Source: Terriglobia bacterium
GTDB taxonomy: Bacteria; Acidobacteriota; Terriglobia; 2-12-FULL-54-10
NCBI GenBank assembly: GCA_963666975.2
Contig: CAXVYR010000002.1
Location: 128,001-192,000, forward strand
Direction: 5' to 3'
Length of the DNA stretch: 64,000 bases
Made by a program: the position numbers and the translations under genes. The notes beneath the pieces were generated by a model. It did no database searches and was not told the DNA's origin. It saw nothing but the letters and a program-made list of their open reading frames with translations. Positions 1-9,238 of this stretch are shown here, piece after piece. Position 1 is the stretch's first letter. Every line of letters begins with the position of its first letter.

Positions 1-302
1 TGGCGCTCGAGAAAATGCGCGAAATCACCGCCGAGGTGAAGCGGGATTTTCCGGTGGACCGGGTCGGCATTGTCCACCGCCTGGGCCGCCTGGAAATTGG
101 AGAAGCCAGCGTGGTGATTGTAGTCACCTCCGGGCACAGGCGCGAGGCCTTCGAAGCCTGCCGTTACACAATTGACCGCCTGAAGCGGATTGTTCCGATC
201 TGGAAGAAGGAGTTTTTTGCAGACGGCGCCGTTTGGGTGGAAGGGGAACAGGCCAATTGCGAAACAAGCCGTGAAGCAGTATCTAAACCGGGAAAACCTT
301 AA
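1..302 (+). CDS. moaE: Molybdopterin synthase catalytic subunit (5' partial)
   Basis: HRLGRLEIGEASV...HRREAFEAC...LKRIVPIWKKE motifs; gene starts before the window. Confidence 0.92.
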   Translation, partial: ALEKMREITAEVKRDFPVDRVGIVHRLGRLEIGEASVVIVVTSGHRREAFEACRYTIDRLKRIVPIWKKEFFADGAVWVEGEQANCETSREAVSKPGKP

Positions 303-387
303 CAGCCGTATTCGGGCAAGCCGGCTCCGAACCGGCGGCGCAGATGAGAAGTTTGCCTGCTACTCCAACGAGGAATCTGAAATCAAA

Positions 388-1410
388 ATGGAGATCAGTG
401 TAATCGCCGCGCCTGCCATGCGACGGCAGACAAGTGACTGCATCCGCCGGCAACTCCCCGGCATGGGGCTGTGCCTTTCCCTGTTTCTCTGCCTCCCCGC
501 CATGAACCTGCTGGCTGCTCCAGCGCAGGACGGGTCAGTCCTGTTCAAGGCGGACGTTCGGCTCGTCCACGTGATGGCGACAGTCCGCGATAGCAAGGGC
601 CGGCTGGTGGGAAATCTTCGGAAAGAAGATTTTGAGATCACCGAGCAGGGCGAGAGCCAGCGGATTGCGGTCTTTCAGCGGGAATCGGATTTGAGTCTCT
701 CGATAGCCCTGTTGATGGATGCCAGCCTCAGCACCGCCAAGGAATTGGAGTTTGAAACGGCCTCCGCCGTCGGCTTTCTGGGAAGTGTTTTAGGTCCTTC
801 GGATCGGGCCGTCGTTTACCGGTTTGCCTACGATGTACAAAAGCTCACCCGCTACTCGGCTAACCTGAAAATCTTGGAAGAGGCCATCCGGGGAATCCGG
901 CCTTCCAGCGGAACCTCTCTGTATGACGCCCTCTACCTGGCCTCCAGAGAACTGCGAAAGCGGGAAGGACGCAAGGCCATCGTCGTGATTACCGACGGCG
1001 GAGATACTACCAGCGGGCAGGGATTTCATGAGGCGCTCCGCGCCGTCCATCTGGCCGACGCGGCCCTCTATAGCATCGCGGTGATCCCCATACCCGGCGA
1101 ATCGGGGCGCAATACGGGAGGAGAACACGCGCTCATCAGCCTTTCGCAAGCAACCGGAGGAGCGTTTTATTCCCAATACTCGGCGACCAACCTGGACGCC
1201 GTCTTTGCCCGGATTGAAGAGGAGTTGCGAACGCAGTATGTGCTGGGTTACTACCCATCGCGGCCCGCGCCGAGGGGGCGAAATCGCCGGGGCCCGGAGG
1301 AACCACAATTTATTCCCATCGAAGTGAGAGCAAAGAATCCTTCCTTTGCCGTGAAGACGCGAAAAGGGTATTATGCGGGAGGCGCATCCGCGCCAGTGGA
1401 ATACAAATGA
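388..1410 (+). CDS. VWA-domain protein, acidobacterial type, probably secreted (start uncertain)
   Basis: MIDAS DASLS, GTSLYDA, ITDGGD and LRTQYVLGY motifs; hydrophobic signal-like segment. Confidence 0.85.
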   Translation: MEISVIAAPAMRRQTSDCIRRQLPGMGLCLSLFLCLPAMNLLAAPAQDGSVLFKADVRLVHVMATVRDSKGRLVGNLRKEDFEITEQGESQRIAVFQRESDLSLSIALLMDASLSTAKELEFETASAVGFLGSVLGPSDRAVVYRFAYDVQKLTRYSANLKILEEAIRGIRPSSGTSLYDALYLASRELRKREGRKAIVVITDGGDTTSGQGFHEALRAVHLADAALYSIAVIPIPGESGRNTGGEHALISLSQATGGAFYSQYSATNLDAVFARIEEELRTQYVLGYYPSRPAPRGRNRRGPEEPQFIPIEVRAKNPSFAVKTRKGYYAGGASAPVEYK

Positions 1411-1667
1411 GATTTCAACCGGACAATTTCCGCGGCGATAATCGAGAGCGCCAGGAGGCTCCCTCGGATCGCGCAGCCGGGCGCGAGGTGGAATATTTGC
1501 GCCATCTGGCGAAGGAGCAAACTCCCGTGGTGGTCCATTTGCGCACAGGAGAAGTCTTTCGGGGATTTGTGGAATACTACGATCGCCGGTTCATTCGCTT
1601 GACGCGCCAAAGCGAGCCGAACGTGTTTATCTTCAAGCAAGATATCAAGTATATGTGCGAGGAATAG
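1407..1667 (+). CDS. Hfq/LSm-like RNA chaperone paralogue
   Basis: Sm1-like PVVVHLRTGEVFRGFVEYYD; Sm2-like FIFKQDI; ATGA overlap with upstream gene. Confidence 0.72.
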   Translation: MRFQPDNFRGDNRERQEAPSDRAAGREVEYLRHLAKEQTPVVVHLRTGEVFRGFVEYYDRRFIRLTRQSEPNVFIFKQDIKYMCEE

Positions 1668-1801
1668 TCCTCGCATCTCCTGCCGGAACCGTTCCGCGAC
1701 ACTCTTTTGCCTTACCCCGCCGGAATCGGGCGCGCAAATTGGGCTGGACTCGAACCCGTCCGAGGGCAGGACAAAACCGCAAAAGCATGGAAGGCAGAAA
1801 A

Positions 1802-2620
1802 ATGTCAGAGTTCTTTGAAGCCGCCGCCGCCATAGCTCGCGAGGCGGGTGCGCTGCTGCTTCCTTTTTACCACCGCCGTGTGCGGGTGGAGTACAAAGGA
1901 GAGGTTGACTTGGTAACGGAAGCGGACCGCGCTTCCGAGGCCCTGATTGTGGAGAAACTGCAATCGCATTTTCCGGACCACGCTCTGGTGGCCGAGGAGG
2001 GCAGCGAGCGTTCAGGCAATTCCGGTTACTGTTGGTACGTGGACCCTCTGGACGGCACCACGAACTTTGCGCACAGCTTTCCCATGTTCTGTGTCTCCCT
2101 GGCCTTGGAGCGAGATGGAGAACCGGTGCTGGGCATCGTTTACGATCCGCTGCGCGACGAGCTATTTTCGGCTGAGAAGGGCGGCGGCGCGCGCCTGAAC
2201 AACAAGGAAATCCATGTTTCCGGCGTGAGTCGCCTGGAAGAAGCCCTGGTGGCTACGGGCTTTCCCAGCCGGAACCGGCATAAGAACGCCAACATTCATT
2301 TTTATCACCAGATCAGTATGCGCTCCCACGGGGCGCGCCGGACCGGCTCGGCGGCACTGGATCTGGCCTACGTCGCGGCGGGCCGACTGGATGCTTTCTG
2401 GGAGTTCAGCCTGCATTCCTGGGATGTAGCTGCAGGCAGGTTGCTGGTCCAAGAGGCCGGCGGACGCCTCACCGACATGAAGGGCCAAGCTCACCGGCTG
2501 GACAGCCACAGCATCGCCGCCAGCAATCTGCTCCTTCACGGCCAGTTGCTCGAAGCATTTCAAGAAATTTTTTCGGGGAATTACCGCGCCGAGCTGCCCC
2601 CCATCGGGCAGCATCCCTGA
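1802..2620 (+). CDS. suhB: Inositol monophosphatase
   Basis: DLVTEAD, WYVDPLDGTTNF, GSAALD and WDVAAG motifs. Confidence 0.93.
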   Translation: MSEFFEAAAAIAREAGALLLPFYHRRVRVEYKGEVDLVTEADRASEALIVEKLQSHFPDHALVAEEGSERSGNSGYCWYVDPLDGTTNFAHSFPMFCVSLALERDGEPVLGIVYDPLRDELFSAEKGGGARLNNKEIHVSGVSRLEEALVATGFPSRNRHKNANIHFYHQISMRSHGARRTGSAALDLAYVAAGRLDAFWEFSLHSWDVAAGRLLVQEAGGRLTDMKGQAHRLDSHSIAASNLLLHGQLLEAFQEIFSGNYRAELPPIGQHP

Positions 2621-2654
2621 CGGGCCGGCGTGAAAAGGAACCGGAGCCGCGCGG

Positions 2655-3089
2655 CTATTGCACCACACCCGGCTCCTCATCCTCGCCCCAATCGGACGGA
2701 AGCGGGGAGGCATGGTGATGCACAACGTACCAGTTGCCGTTGCGCCGCTCGAAGATGTTGGTGCTCTGCACATGGGCGGAGTCGAAGCGGCCTTCGGCGG
2801 CGCTGTAGATTTTCTCCGTACAACAAACCCATGCCATTGAGTTCTCCACGCGAATAGACTGCAAGGCGACGGCAATGCGCATGAAAGTGGTGTTTTCAAA
2901 TATGTGCTGCCAGCTTTCCCGCACCGCTTCCCAGCCCTCGAGCAGGTCCCAGCCCGGGTGAACGCATCGCACCCAATCTTCCAGAAGCCACACGGCCTCC
3001 ATCTCCTTCAGGCTTAGGTTTTGGAGAGCGCTATAAAAACTTTGGTTGGATTCCAGGACTTTTTCTTCCTCGCTTGTCATGAGAGCCAC
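2655..3089 (-). CDS. NTF2/SnoaL-like protein
   Basis: N..FY.AL...W....CVHPGW..L.GWEAVRESW...TNIF...W.VVHHHAS pattern. Confidence 0.85.
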   Translation of the reverse strand: MALMTSEEEKVLESNQSFYSALQNLSLKEMEAVWLLEDWVRCVHPGWDLLEGWEAVRESWQHIFENTTFMRIAVALQSIRVENSMAWVCCTEKIYSAAEGRFDSAHVQSTNIFERRNGNWYVVHHHASPLPSDWGEDEEPGVVQ

Positions 3090-3122
3090 AGTGCTGCCTT
3101 TAGGATAAGATTTCCAGCGCGC

Positions 3123-3131
3123 ATTATAGCA
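3123..3131 (-). promoter_or_regulatory. Extended -10 promoter (TGCTATAAT) for the NTF2-like gene
   Basis: Perfect TGnTATAAT about 35-45 bp upstream of the start. Confidence 0.5.
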
Positions 3132-3259
3132 TCACGCCCGTATCTGTTGACACTACAACCGAGCCACTGCCCGTGAAAAAAGTACCTTGGAACAACGCAA
3201 CCCAAGACGGAGCAACGGGGTTTATAATACTCAGAGGCGAGACTCTGCCGGGAGGCTTT

Positions 3260-4030
3260 ATGAAAACAGGAATCTGCTTGATTCTGTTGGTGGCGCTGGG
3301 ATGGCAAGGACAAGAACAAGGATGGCTGCGGGCTGAACAGGCATCCGTGCCGGAGAACTACGTCGTGGCGAAAGGCACCCGCATTCCCCTCGTCATGGTG
3401 AACAGTGTCAGCACGAAAACTTCCCGCGTGGGCGATCGCGTTTACCTGCAAACCTCTTTCCCGATTGCCGCCAACGGCCGCATCGTGATCCCGGAGGGCA
3501 GCTATGTGACGGGGACAATTACCCAGGTCAAGCGGCCGGGCCGAGTCAAGGGAAAGGGCGAACTGTATCTTCGTTTCGATACGCTGATGCTTCGCAATGG
3601 AGTGCAGCGGGACTTTAGCGGCACGGTGAGCGGCCTGGATGGCGCAGGCGAGAACACCCTGAGCGGTGAAGAAGGCAAGATCGAGGGTGCAGCAAGCAAG
3701 GGCAAAGATGCCGGGACGGTAGCCCAGCCGGCTGCCACGGGCGCCACGATTGGAGCGATTGCCGGCAACTCCGGAAAGGGGGCTGCCATCGGAGGCGGCG
3801 TCGGCGCGGCTGCGGGCCTGGGAGCCGTGTTGCTGACCCGGGGGCCAGAGGTAAGACTGCTGCGCGGAAGCGCCCTGGAGATGGAAATCAACCGCAATCT
3901 CTCTTTCACCAAAGATGAGGTGAACTTTCTGGGAAGCGCGCCGCCACCCCCGATTCCCAGGGCTCCGCGCGACGGGGGCGACACGTCGTCCCGGCCGAGA
4001 ATCCCTTCTCCTTTGGGCGGGGTCTTCTAG
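3260..4030 (+). CDS. Secreted TrbI/VirB10-like beta-domain protein with glycine zipper
   Basis: GGAGG RBS; signal peptide; GTRIPL..VSTKTSRVGDRVYL...IPEGSYVTG pattern; glycine-rich zipper. Confidence 0.7.
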   Translation: MKTGICLILLVALGWQGQEQGWLRAEQASVPENYVVAKGTRIPLVMVNSVSTKTSRVGDRVYLQTSFPIAANGRIVIPEGSYVTGTITQVKRPGRVKGKGELYLRFDTLMLRNGVQRDFSGTVSGLDGAGENTLSGEEGKIEGAASKGKDAGTVAQPAATGATIGAIAGNSGKGAAIGGGVGAAAGLGAVLLTRGPEVRLLRGSALEMEINRNLSFTKDEVNFLGSAPPPPIPRAPRDGGDTSSRPRIPSPLGGVF

Positions 4031-4188
4031 CAGCTTGTTGAAGAAAATGGCTTAGGAGAACTTTACGATTCCCTTCCGCATCCATTTCCCTGGGCTGGGA
4101 TAAGCCAAACCATCAAACCTTGGACGTTTCCCCCCTCGCATCTTCGTTGCGAATCGGCGCTGTGAACCCGAAGCGGTAAAGCACAGCC

Positions 4189-4217
4189 TTGACAACCCGT
4201 CCTGGTTTACAGACAAT
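4189..4217 (+). promoter_or_regulatory. Sigma70 promoter of tRNA-Gln
   Basis: TTGACA-17 bp-GACAAT about 50 bp upstream of the tRNA. Confidence 0.65.
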
Positions 4218-4268
4218 CGAATAGAATCAGTCCGGGGAAAGCTTTCCGGCGCTTGTCCCGCTCGATAC

Positions 4269-4342
4269 TGGGAGGTCGTCTAACGGCAAGACTGCGGGCT
4301 CTGGATCCGCCTATCAGGGTTCGAATCCCTGCCTCCCAGCCA
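4269..4342 (+). tRNA. tRNA-Gln(CTG)
   Basis: Acceptor stem TGGGAGG/CCTCCCA, anticodon arm GCGGG-CT CTG GA-TCCGC, GGTTCGAATCC T-arm, encoded CCA. Confidence 0.96.
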
Positions 4343-4479
4343 TATTTCTAACCGCTGTTTTCTCCATTCAGCCCTCCAAGGAGTCCAGCGCCAAGGCTCA
4401 CTGTCCACGGAAGCTCAAAAGGTAGCGGGCAGGCGGCCTCTTACCGACATCCCACGCGATCAACCGAACAACCATTCTA

Positions 4480-4575
4480 TTAACGAGGCCGTGAGATGCC
4501 CATTGCCTTCATGCGGGAGGCCAGCGTGGTGGGTTTGACGCCGAGCAGATTCGCGGCGCCGCCGGGACCAGATTT
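4480..4575 (-). pseudogene. C-terminal Fis-HTH fragment of an FhlA/NtrC-type activator
   Basis: SGPGGAANLLGVKPTTLASRMKAMGI-stop with no AAA+ domain upstream. Confidence 0.7.
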
Positions 4576-4769
4576 GCGGGGCGGCGTACGCAGAACAGGA
4601 AGGCGGGCTGCGCTTGCTGTTGGGGGAGACGGGGAGCGGCGGGAAACGTCCCGTCTGTCCTCGGTTTTCCCTGCTAGCACTTCACATCTCTGCTTGGTTA
4701 TGATATCGCTGCCCGACCAATGCTTTTGTCCACCTATCTTCTGGGACGTGAGGTTACAACTCGTCGATC

Positions 4770-4961
4770 ATGATAATCAAAAGCTTTCGAATCCAGAAGT
4801 ATCGAAACATAGAGGATTCCCGCGAAATCGAGTTGCTAGATAATTTGACCTGTGTTGTCGGTAAGAATCAGGCTGGGAAAACCGCTCTTCTACGTGCACT
4901 CCACAAGTTCAATCCGCATGAGCTGGACCCTTACGATATGCGACGCGAATGGCCCCGAGGC
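4770..4961 (+). pseudogene. N-terminal fragment of an ABC/AAA_15 ATPase (OLD-family nuclease-like), truncated by IS3
   Basis: IKSFRIQKYRNIEDS...VVGKNQAGKTALLRAL Walker A; similarity ends at the IS end (4962). Confidence 0.75.
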
Positions 4962-5034
4962 TGTACGTCGTCAGATAATGTTGGACACAGAGCATAAAAA
5001 GATAAGGTGGCGTTCAGGCTCCTCTGGGTTGATG

Positions 5035-6063
5035 TTAGGCCGCCCATCTTTTAAAGTGCAACTGTTTTCTTAAGATCATAGTTTTTTCCTTGATGCGATT
5101 GCGTTTTTGCAGGATGGCGCTGTCTTGTCCTGTAAAAACGTCGTATGGTGTCAGGTTGTTCAGGCTTTCATGATATCTGATTGTGTTGTAGTGGTTGACG
5201 AAGGCATCGATCTGCCGCTCCAGCTCTTCTGGCAGGTAATAGTTGTTGAGCAGGATGCGGTCTTTCAGAGTTCGGTGCCAGCGTTCGATCTTGCCTTGCG
5301 TCATGGGGTGATAGGGTTTGCCGCGGGTATGCGGCACGCCGTTTTCTGCCAGCCATAACTGCAGCTCGGACGAGATGTAGCACGGCCCGTTGTCGCTCAG
5401 GAGGCGAGGTCTGTGCCGGGCGCCCACGCGGTCGAGGCCGGTGGCTTGCAAAGCATCCCGCAACGTGGCCGAGACGTCACTTGCGCTCATGGTTTTGCAC
5501 AGCCGCCAGGCGATGATATAGCGCGAGAAGTCGTCCAGCACCGTGGACAGGTAAAACCAGCCCCAACCCATAACTTTCAGGTAGGTGAAGTCGGTCTGCC
5601 AGAGCTGGTTGACCGCCGTGGTCGGGTTGGCAAACCGTTCCGCTGCTTTCAGGACAATAAAGGCTGGCGCGGTGATCAGGTCATGGCTTTTCAGGACGCG
5701 GTAAACCGTCGATTCCGAAAGGTAATACCGCCTTCCCTCGGTAAACCGCACCGCCAGCTCGCGTGGCGACAGATCGGGCTCGGCCAGGGCTAATGTCACC
5801 AACTGCTGAGTTATCTCCTCCGGCACCTTGTTCCAGACAGGGCCAGGATCGGGTTTTTTGTCTTCCAGCCCATCAAAGCCTTCCGACACATAGCGGTCGT
5901 ACCAGTTGTAAAACGTCGATCTGGGAATGCCAACCTGCTGCAGCGTCCGGCGCACCCCCAGGGCAGATTGCTCCACCGTGCAGATGATCTCCAGCTTCTC
6001 CGAGGCAGGGTATCTCATGTATGTTCCTCCCCATCCCCGATCACGCTTTTTTTTAGCAGGCAA
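5035..6063 (-). CDS. IS3 OrfB, DDE integrase-core transposase
   Basis: WQTDFTY, LDDFSR, SDNG and GKIERWHRTLK motifs. Confidence 0.92.
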   Translation of the reverse strand: MPAKKKRDRGWGGTYMRYPASEKLEIICTVEQSALGVRRTLQQVGIPRSTFYNWYDRYVSEGFDGLEDKKPDPGPVWNKVPEEITQQLVTLALAEPDLSPRELAVRFTEGRRYYLSESTVYRVLKSHDLITAPAFIVLKAAERFANPTTAVNQLWQTDFTYLKVMGWGWFYLSTVLDDFSRYIIAWRLCKTMSASDVSATLRDALQATGLDRVGARHRPRLLSDNGPCYISSELQLWLAENGVPHTRGKPYHPMTQGKIERWHRTLKDRILLNNYYLPEELERQIDAFVNHYNTIRYHESLNNLTPYDVFTGQDSAILQKRNRIKEKTMILRKQLHFKRWAA

Positions 6064-6386
6064 TTTTCCAGCATAGCCTCGGCCAGGGCCTCTTTCAGCT
6101 GTACGGCCTGCTCCCGCAGAGTCTTGACTTCGCCACTGGTTGCCTCACGGTCTATGTCGCCCGCCAGCCGCTTGCGGCCAGCCTCCAGAAACTCCTTGCT
6201 CCAGCGGTAATACTGGTTCTGGTGCAGCCCCTCGCGGCGGCACAGCTCCGCGATGCTGTCCTCGCCGCGAAGTCCCTGCAATACAATGCGGATTTTGTCT
6301 TCCGGGCTGAACCTGCGCCGCGTCCTGCGTTTGATCTCCCGGACGGCCTTCTCGACCGCCCCCCTGTCGTCTTGTTTTTGTCTCAT
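6015..6386 (-). CDS. IS3 OrfA (HTH), joined to OrfB by a -1 programmed frameshift
   Basis: RRRFSPEDKIRIVL...IAELCRREG...YYRWSK; A8G slippery run at 6046-6054. Confidence 0.9.
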   Translation of the reverse strand: MRQKQDDRGAVEKAVREIKRRTRRRFSPEDKIRIVLQGLRGEDSIAELCRREGLHQNQYYRWSKEFLEAGRKRLAGDIDREATSGEVKTLREQAVQLKEALAEAMLENCLLKKSVIGDGEEHT

Positions 6387-6473
6387 CTTCGTTCCTTTCA
6401 GTCTCTACGATGAGCCAAAAACATCACCTTAACTATTACCCTCTACCTGTCCAACAAGCCCTGACGGGGCACA

Positions 6474-6572
6474 GCAGATTTCACAGATACCGTTCTGCGT
6501 AATCTGTGCAATCTGCGGACCCGCTTGTTGATCCCTCGGCTTCGCTCGGGACAGGCGCTCGCGGCTCGGATT
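6474..6572. repeat. REP-like element, CCGAGCCGCG family, with AATCTG repeats
   Basis: Near reverse-complement copy of 16861-16981. Confidence 0.75.
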
Positions 6573-6836
6573 ACTGTCCCAAACCTTCTAGGACCATGCT
6601 TAGCTTCCAAAGCACTTTTCAATGTCTTTTCCCAATTTTCATTCTTCTTGCTATAACTTATGGAGCCTGCAAGGCTGCTGTTTTGTTTAACAGTGTCTGA
6701 GATTTACCCCCCCTGACATAGCTAAGCTATTGAAAACACTTCCCCCGCCAGTGCGCGAAGCTCAGCCGGAATCTTCAGTGCAAGACCTTCCAGCGCAGAG
6801 CATGACTGAGCTATGATTGCTAAAGCATGATTTAGA

Positions 6837-6884
6837 AATAACTGATTGAGTAATAACTGGTTGAGCAATAACGGCTTAGCAATT
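6837..6884. repeat. Three ~15-bp tandem repeats AATAACTGRTTGAGY (possible operator)
   Basis: AATAACTGATTGAGT AATAACTGGTTGAGC AATAACGGCTTAGC. Confidence 0.6.
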
Positions 6885-6966
6885 TCTGAACCAACTCCCC
6901 CTGAGAACCGCTCTTTATGGAATCGGTGCGCACGGCTTGGAAAGCCAAGCGAAGAGAAGTCTTGCC

Positions 6967-7604
6967 ATGATTCAGATGCTCCCGATTGAGCTGCTCCTCG
7001 CAGTTGCCGTCGGACTGAATGCAGTTGCCCTGCTGCTGATCTGGCTGCAACGCAAGGCGGGCCGTCCTGCCAGCAGCAGGGATATGTCTGAGGCGCAGGA
7101 GGCATTGCGAACCGCTCAGGTGAGCTGCCGCCGAGGGCCTTGGGCGAGCGAATCTTCGCAACGCCGGAGCTGCCGCCGAGGGCCTTGGGCGAGCGAATCT
7201 TCGCAACGCCGGATTGGGATTTCATCTCCATCCAATCGCCGATGCGGATCCAGCGCATGTTTCTGCAAGAGCGCAAGGCAGTGGCCCTCTCCTGGCTCCG
7301 GCACACACGGGAGCAAGTCAGGCAGCTTCGCCGGTTCCACCGGGGGACGCTCCGGGAAAACCTCCGCCCGAGCGCCGCGGTGGGAGTCCGGCTGGCCATT
7401 GACGCGGCACGGTTCCGCATGGTCTGCGACACGGCGCGTCTGCTGATCTGGCTGGGCGGTCCGTTCTGGGCTCGCTGGATGGCGAGGCACGCCACCACCG
7501 TTGCCGAGCAGATGGCTTATCTGCCGGGACGTCTCCTGGTAGGACTGGACGCCAGGCGCATGAGCAGAATCAAAAACGACTGGCTCCGCCGGTCGGCGGC
7601 ATAG
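6967..7604 (+). pseudogene. Membrane-anchored hypothetical protein, frameshifted near 7121, with internal 45-bp duplication
   Basis: N-terminal TM segment in one frame; protein-like continuation ELPPRALGERIF...DWDF...FLQERKAVALSWL in the -1 frame. Confidence 0.55.
7122..7211. repeat. Perfect 45-bp tandem duplication
   Basis: GAGCTGCCGCCGAGGGCCTTGGGCGAGCGAATCTTCGCAACGCCG occurs twice. Confidence 0.95.
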
Positions 7605-7614
7605 GCTGGTTTTT

Positions 7615-8061
7615 ATGGGCAATGGCGTAAAGAACATTCAGGTTGAGGAAGCGATCCAGGACCTCAAGCAACGCACGCTGGCGGAGATGCCGGGCGAGAT
7701 CGCGCGCCTTGTCTACCTGTCCTCCACGAGGGACTACAATACCGGCCAGTATCATCACGAGGGCTTGGCTTTTCAGTTTACCGAGGAGGTTGCGCGCAAG
7801 GCTCTGGAGGCATATCACAAAGAACTGTTCCACAAGCTCCTGTTCGGCTCGCTGGAACATCTGGTTTACGAACTGCAGCTCTATGCAGGCTCCGCCCGCG
7901 TGCCGCCGTCCGAACTGTTGGAGGTCTGGAAGAAGCTGGAACCCTACCGGATCACGATTCCTCTGGACTGTGACCCGCTGGCGGCGGAGTTTTTCTTTTC
8001 CAATATCAGGATTGCCTTGTCAGTCTTGGAGACCCGTCCGGAGATGAACCCGGCGGGCTGA
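7615..8061 (+). CDS. Hypothetical protein (148 aa)
   Basis: Helical, protein-like composition; RLVYLSSTRDYNTGQYHHEGLA motif. Confidence 0.75.
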   Translation: MGNGVKNIQVEEAIQDLKQRTLAEMPGEIARLVYLSSTRDYNTGQYHHEGLAFQFTEEVARKALEAYHKELFHKLLFGSLEHLVYELQLYAGSARVPPSELLEVWKKLEPYRITIPLDCDPLAAEFFFSNIRIALSVLETRPEMNPAG

Positions 8062-8812
8062 CCAGCCGCATGGCCAAGGCGGTCACGCGGCCTATAATTT
8101 CCGCATCCGTAGGGAAATTGAACTGGCGAATGCTGCACCCCGACAGGGGATGGGGCAGCAGAGTCAGCTGATTGCCCTGCACTTCGCACCAGGAACAGGC
8201 GTAGCCGACGCGCAGCTCAACAAAATAGATGGGCCGTTCAAACTCAGTCCGGTACGGAAGCTTTTGGACCTTTTTCTGCCGACCGTCGATTTGAACAAAC
8301 GTGCCTGGCCGCAGCAGCGGGAACAGCATGTGGTCATCCATGCCGATATAGCCATACATACTATGCCGGAAATCCAGGTGCTGGAGCAGCCCGATAGGCA
8401 CCTCTCCCCAGGCTTCCACCATGCGCGACAAAAGGTTGGTTTTCCCCGGCTGGAACCCCGGATCGAAGCGGATCGGAAAACTGACGGCGCGCTCTTTGTC
8501 ATACACCTCCAGGTTCGCCAGATGCGTTTGTTGCAACGCTGTCGTCATCTGATATTTGCTGATCTTCTCCAGGTCCACCTTGTACAGCACGAGCAGATCG
8601 GTGAACTTAGCCCGATAGATGACGCTCAGGCTGAACAGTTTGTAGATGCTCGGCGTGCATTGTTTGTTCTCAATCTGAGTCAGCCAGGCATTGGAGATAT
8701 AAAACTCCTCATTGCTCTCCGCTTCGGAAATCTTCCGGCTGTGCTCCTCCACTTCCCTCGTGGTGATCGCAAGTCGGTTCCGCAGTTCTTTCAGTCGCTC
8801 GCCAGCCCTCAC
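8006..8812 (-). CDS. XRE-family HTH regulator with degenerate S24-like C-terminal domain
   Basis: GERLKELRNRL...ISNAWLTQIEN...PSIYKL HTH; C-terminal MLFPLLRPGTFVQID...AEIIGRV; G-rich RBS before GTG. Confidence 0.85.
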   Translation of the reverse strand: MRAGERLKELRNRLAITTREVEEHSRKISEAESNEEFYISNAWLTQIENKQCTPSIYKLFSLSVIYRAKFTDLLVLYKVDLEKISKYQMTTALQQTHLANLEVYDKERAVSFPIRFDPGFQPGKTNLLSRMVEAWGEVPIGLLQHLDFRHSMYGYIGMDDHMLFPLLRPGTFVQIDGRQKKVQKLPYRTEFERPIYFVELRVGYACSWCEVQGNQLTLLPHPLSGCSIRQFNFPTDAEIIGRVTALAMRLVSPPGSSPDGSPRLTRQS

Positions 8813-9092
8813 CGGTATCCCCCCCCAACAATCGCTAAGAATCGCTAATAATCAGCGCTACATAAGAATGAACCATTTGTTTTAGCGCAGGGAATAACCG
8901 TGCCGCTCACTAAAGAAAGCAAAATTCAGTTTCTTTTCGCGCGCCGCTCCATATCAGTTACCTTCCCCCTGGAACCCAAATACCGTATTCAATGTGTCCC
9001 GTTAGCCGATCTGTTGCCCAGTGCACACGAACAGTCAGGCCGCCTGGATTTCATTGAAGACAACTGGGTTAGGCGAACCCTAGAAAATATTG

Positions 9093-9226
9093 CGTACATG
9101 CAAGGCGGAGTCGAAACGCCTGTGGCAGAGATGAACGAAAAGCATTCTCCTTCAATCTCACGTACATGCAAGGCGGAGTCGAAACGCCTGTGGCAGAGAT
9201 GAACGAAAAGCATTCTCCCAATCTCA
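9093..9226. repeat. Tandem duplication of 68/66 bp
   Basis: CGTACATGCAAGGCGG...GCATTCTCC(TT)CAATCTCA occurs twice. Confidence 0.92.
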
Positions 9227-9238
9227 CGCCGAAAAATC

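Larger units (their letters stand above)
4962..6473 (-). mobile_element. IS3-family insertion sequence
   Basis: Imperfect 26-bp IRs TGTACGTCGTCAGATAATGTTGGACA / TGTGCCCCGTCAGGGCTTGTTGGACA; orfA-orfB arrangement; no target duplication visible. Confidence 0.9.

Noticed and set aside
3260-4030. TrbI/VirB10-like gene as evidence of a conjugation system
   Set aside because: No other T4SS genes are nearby; it appears to be a stand-alone secreted protein
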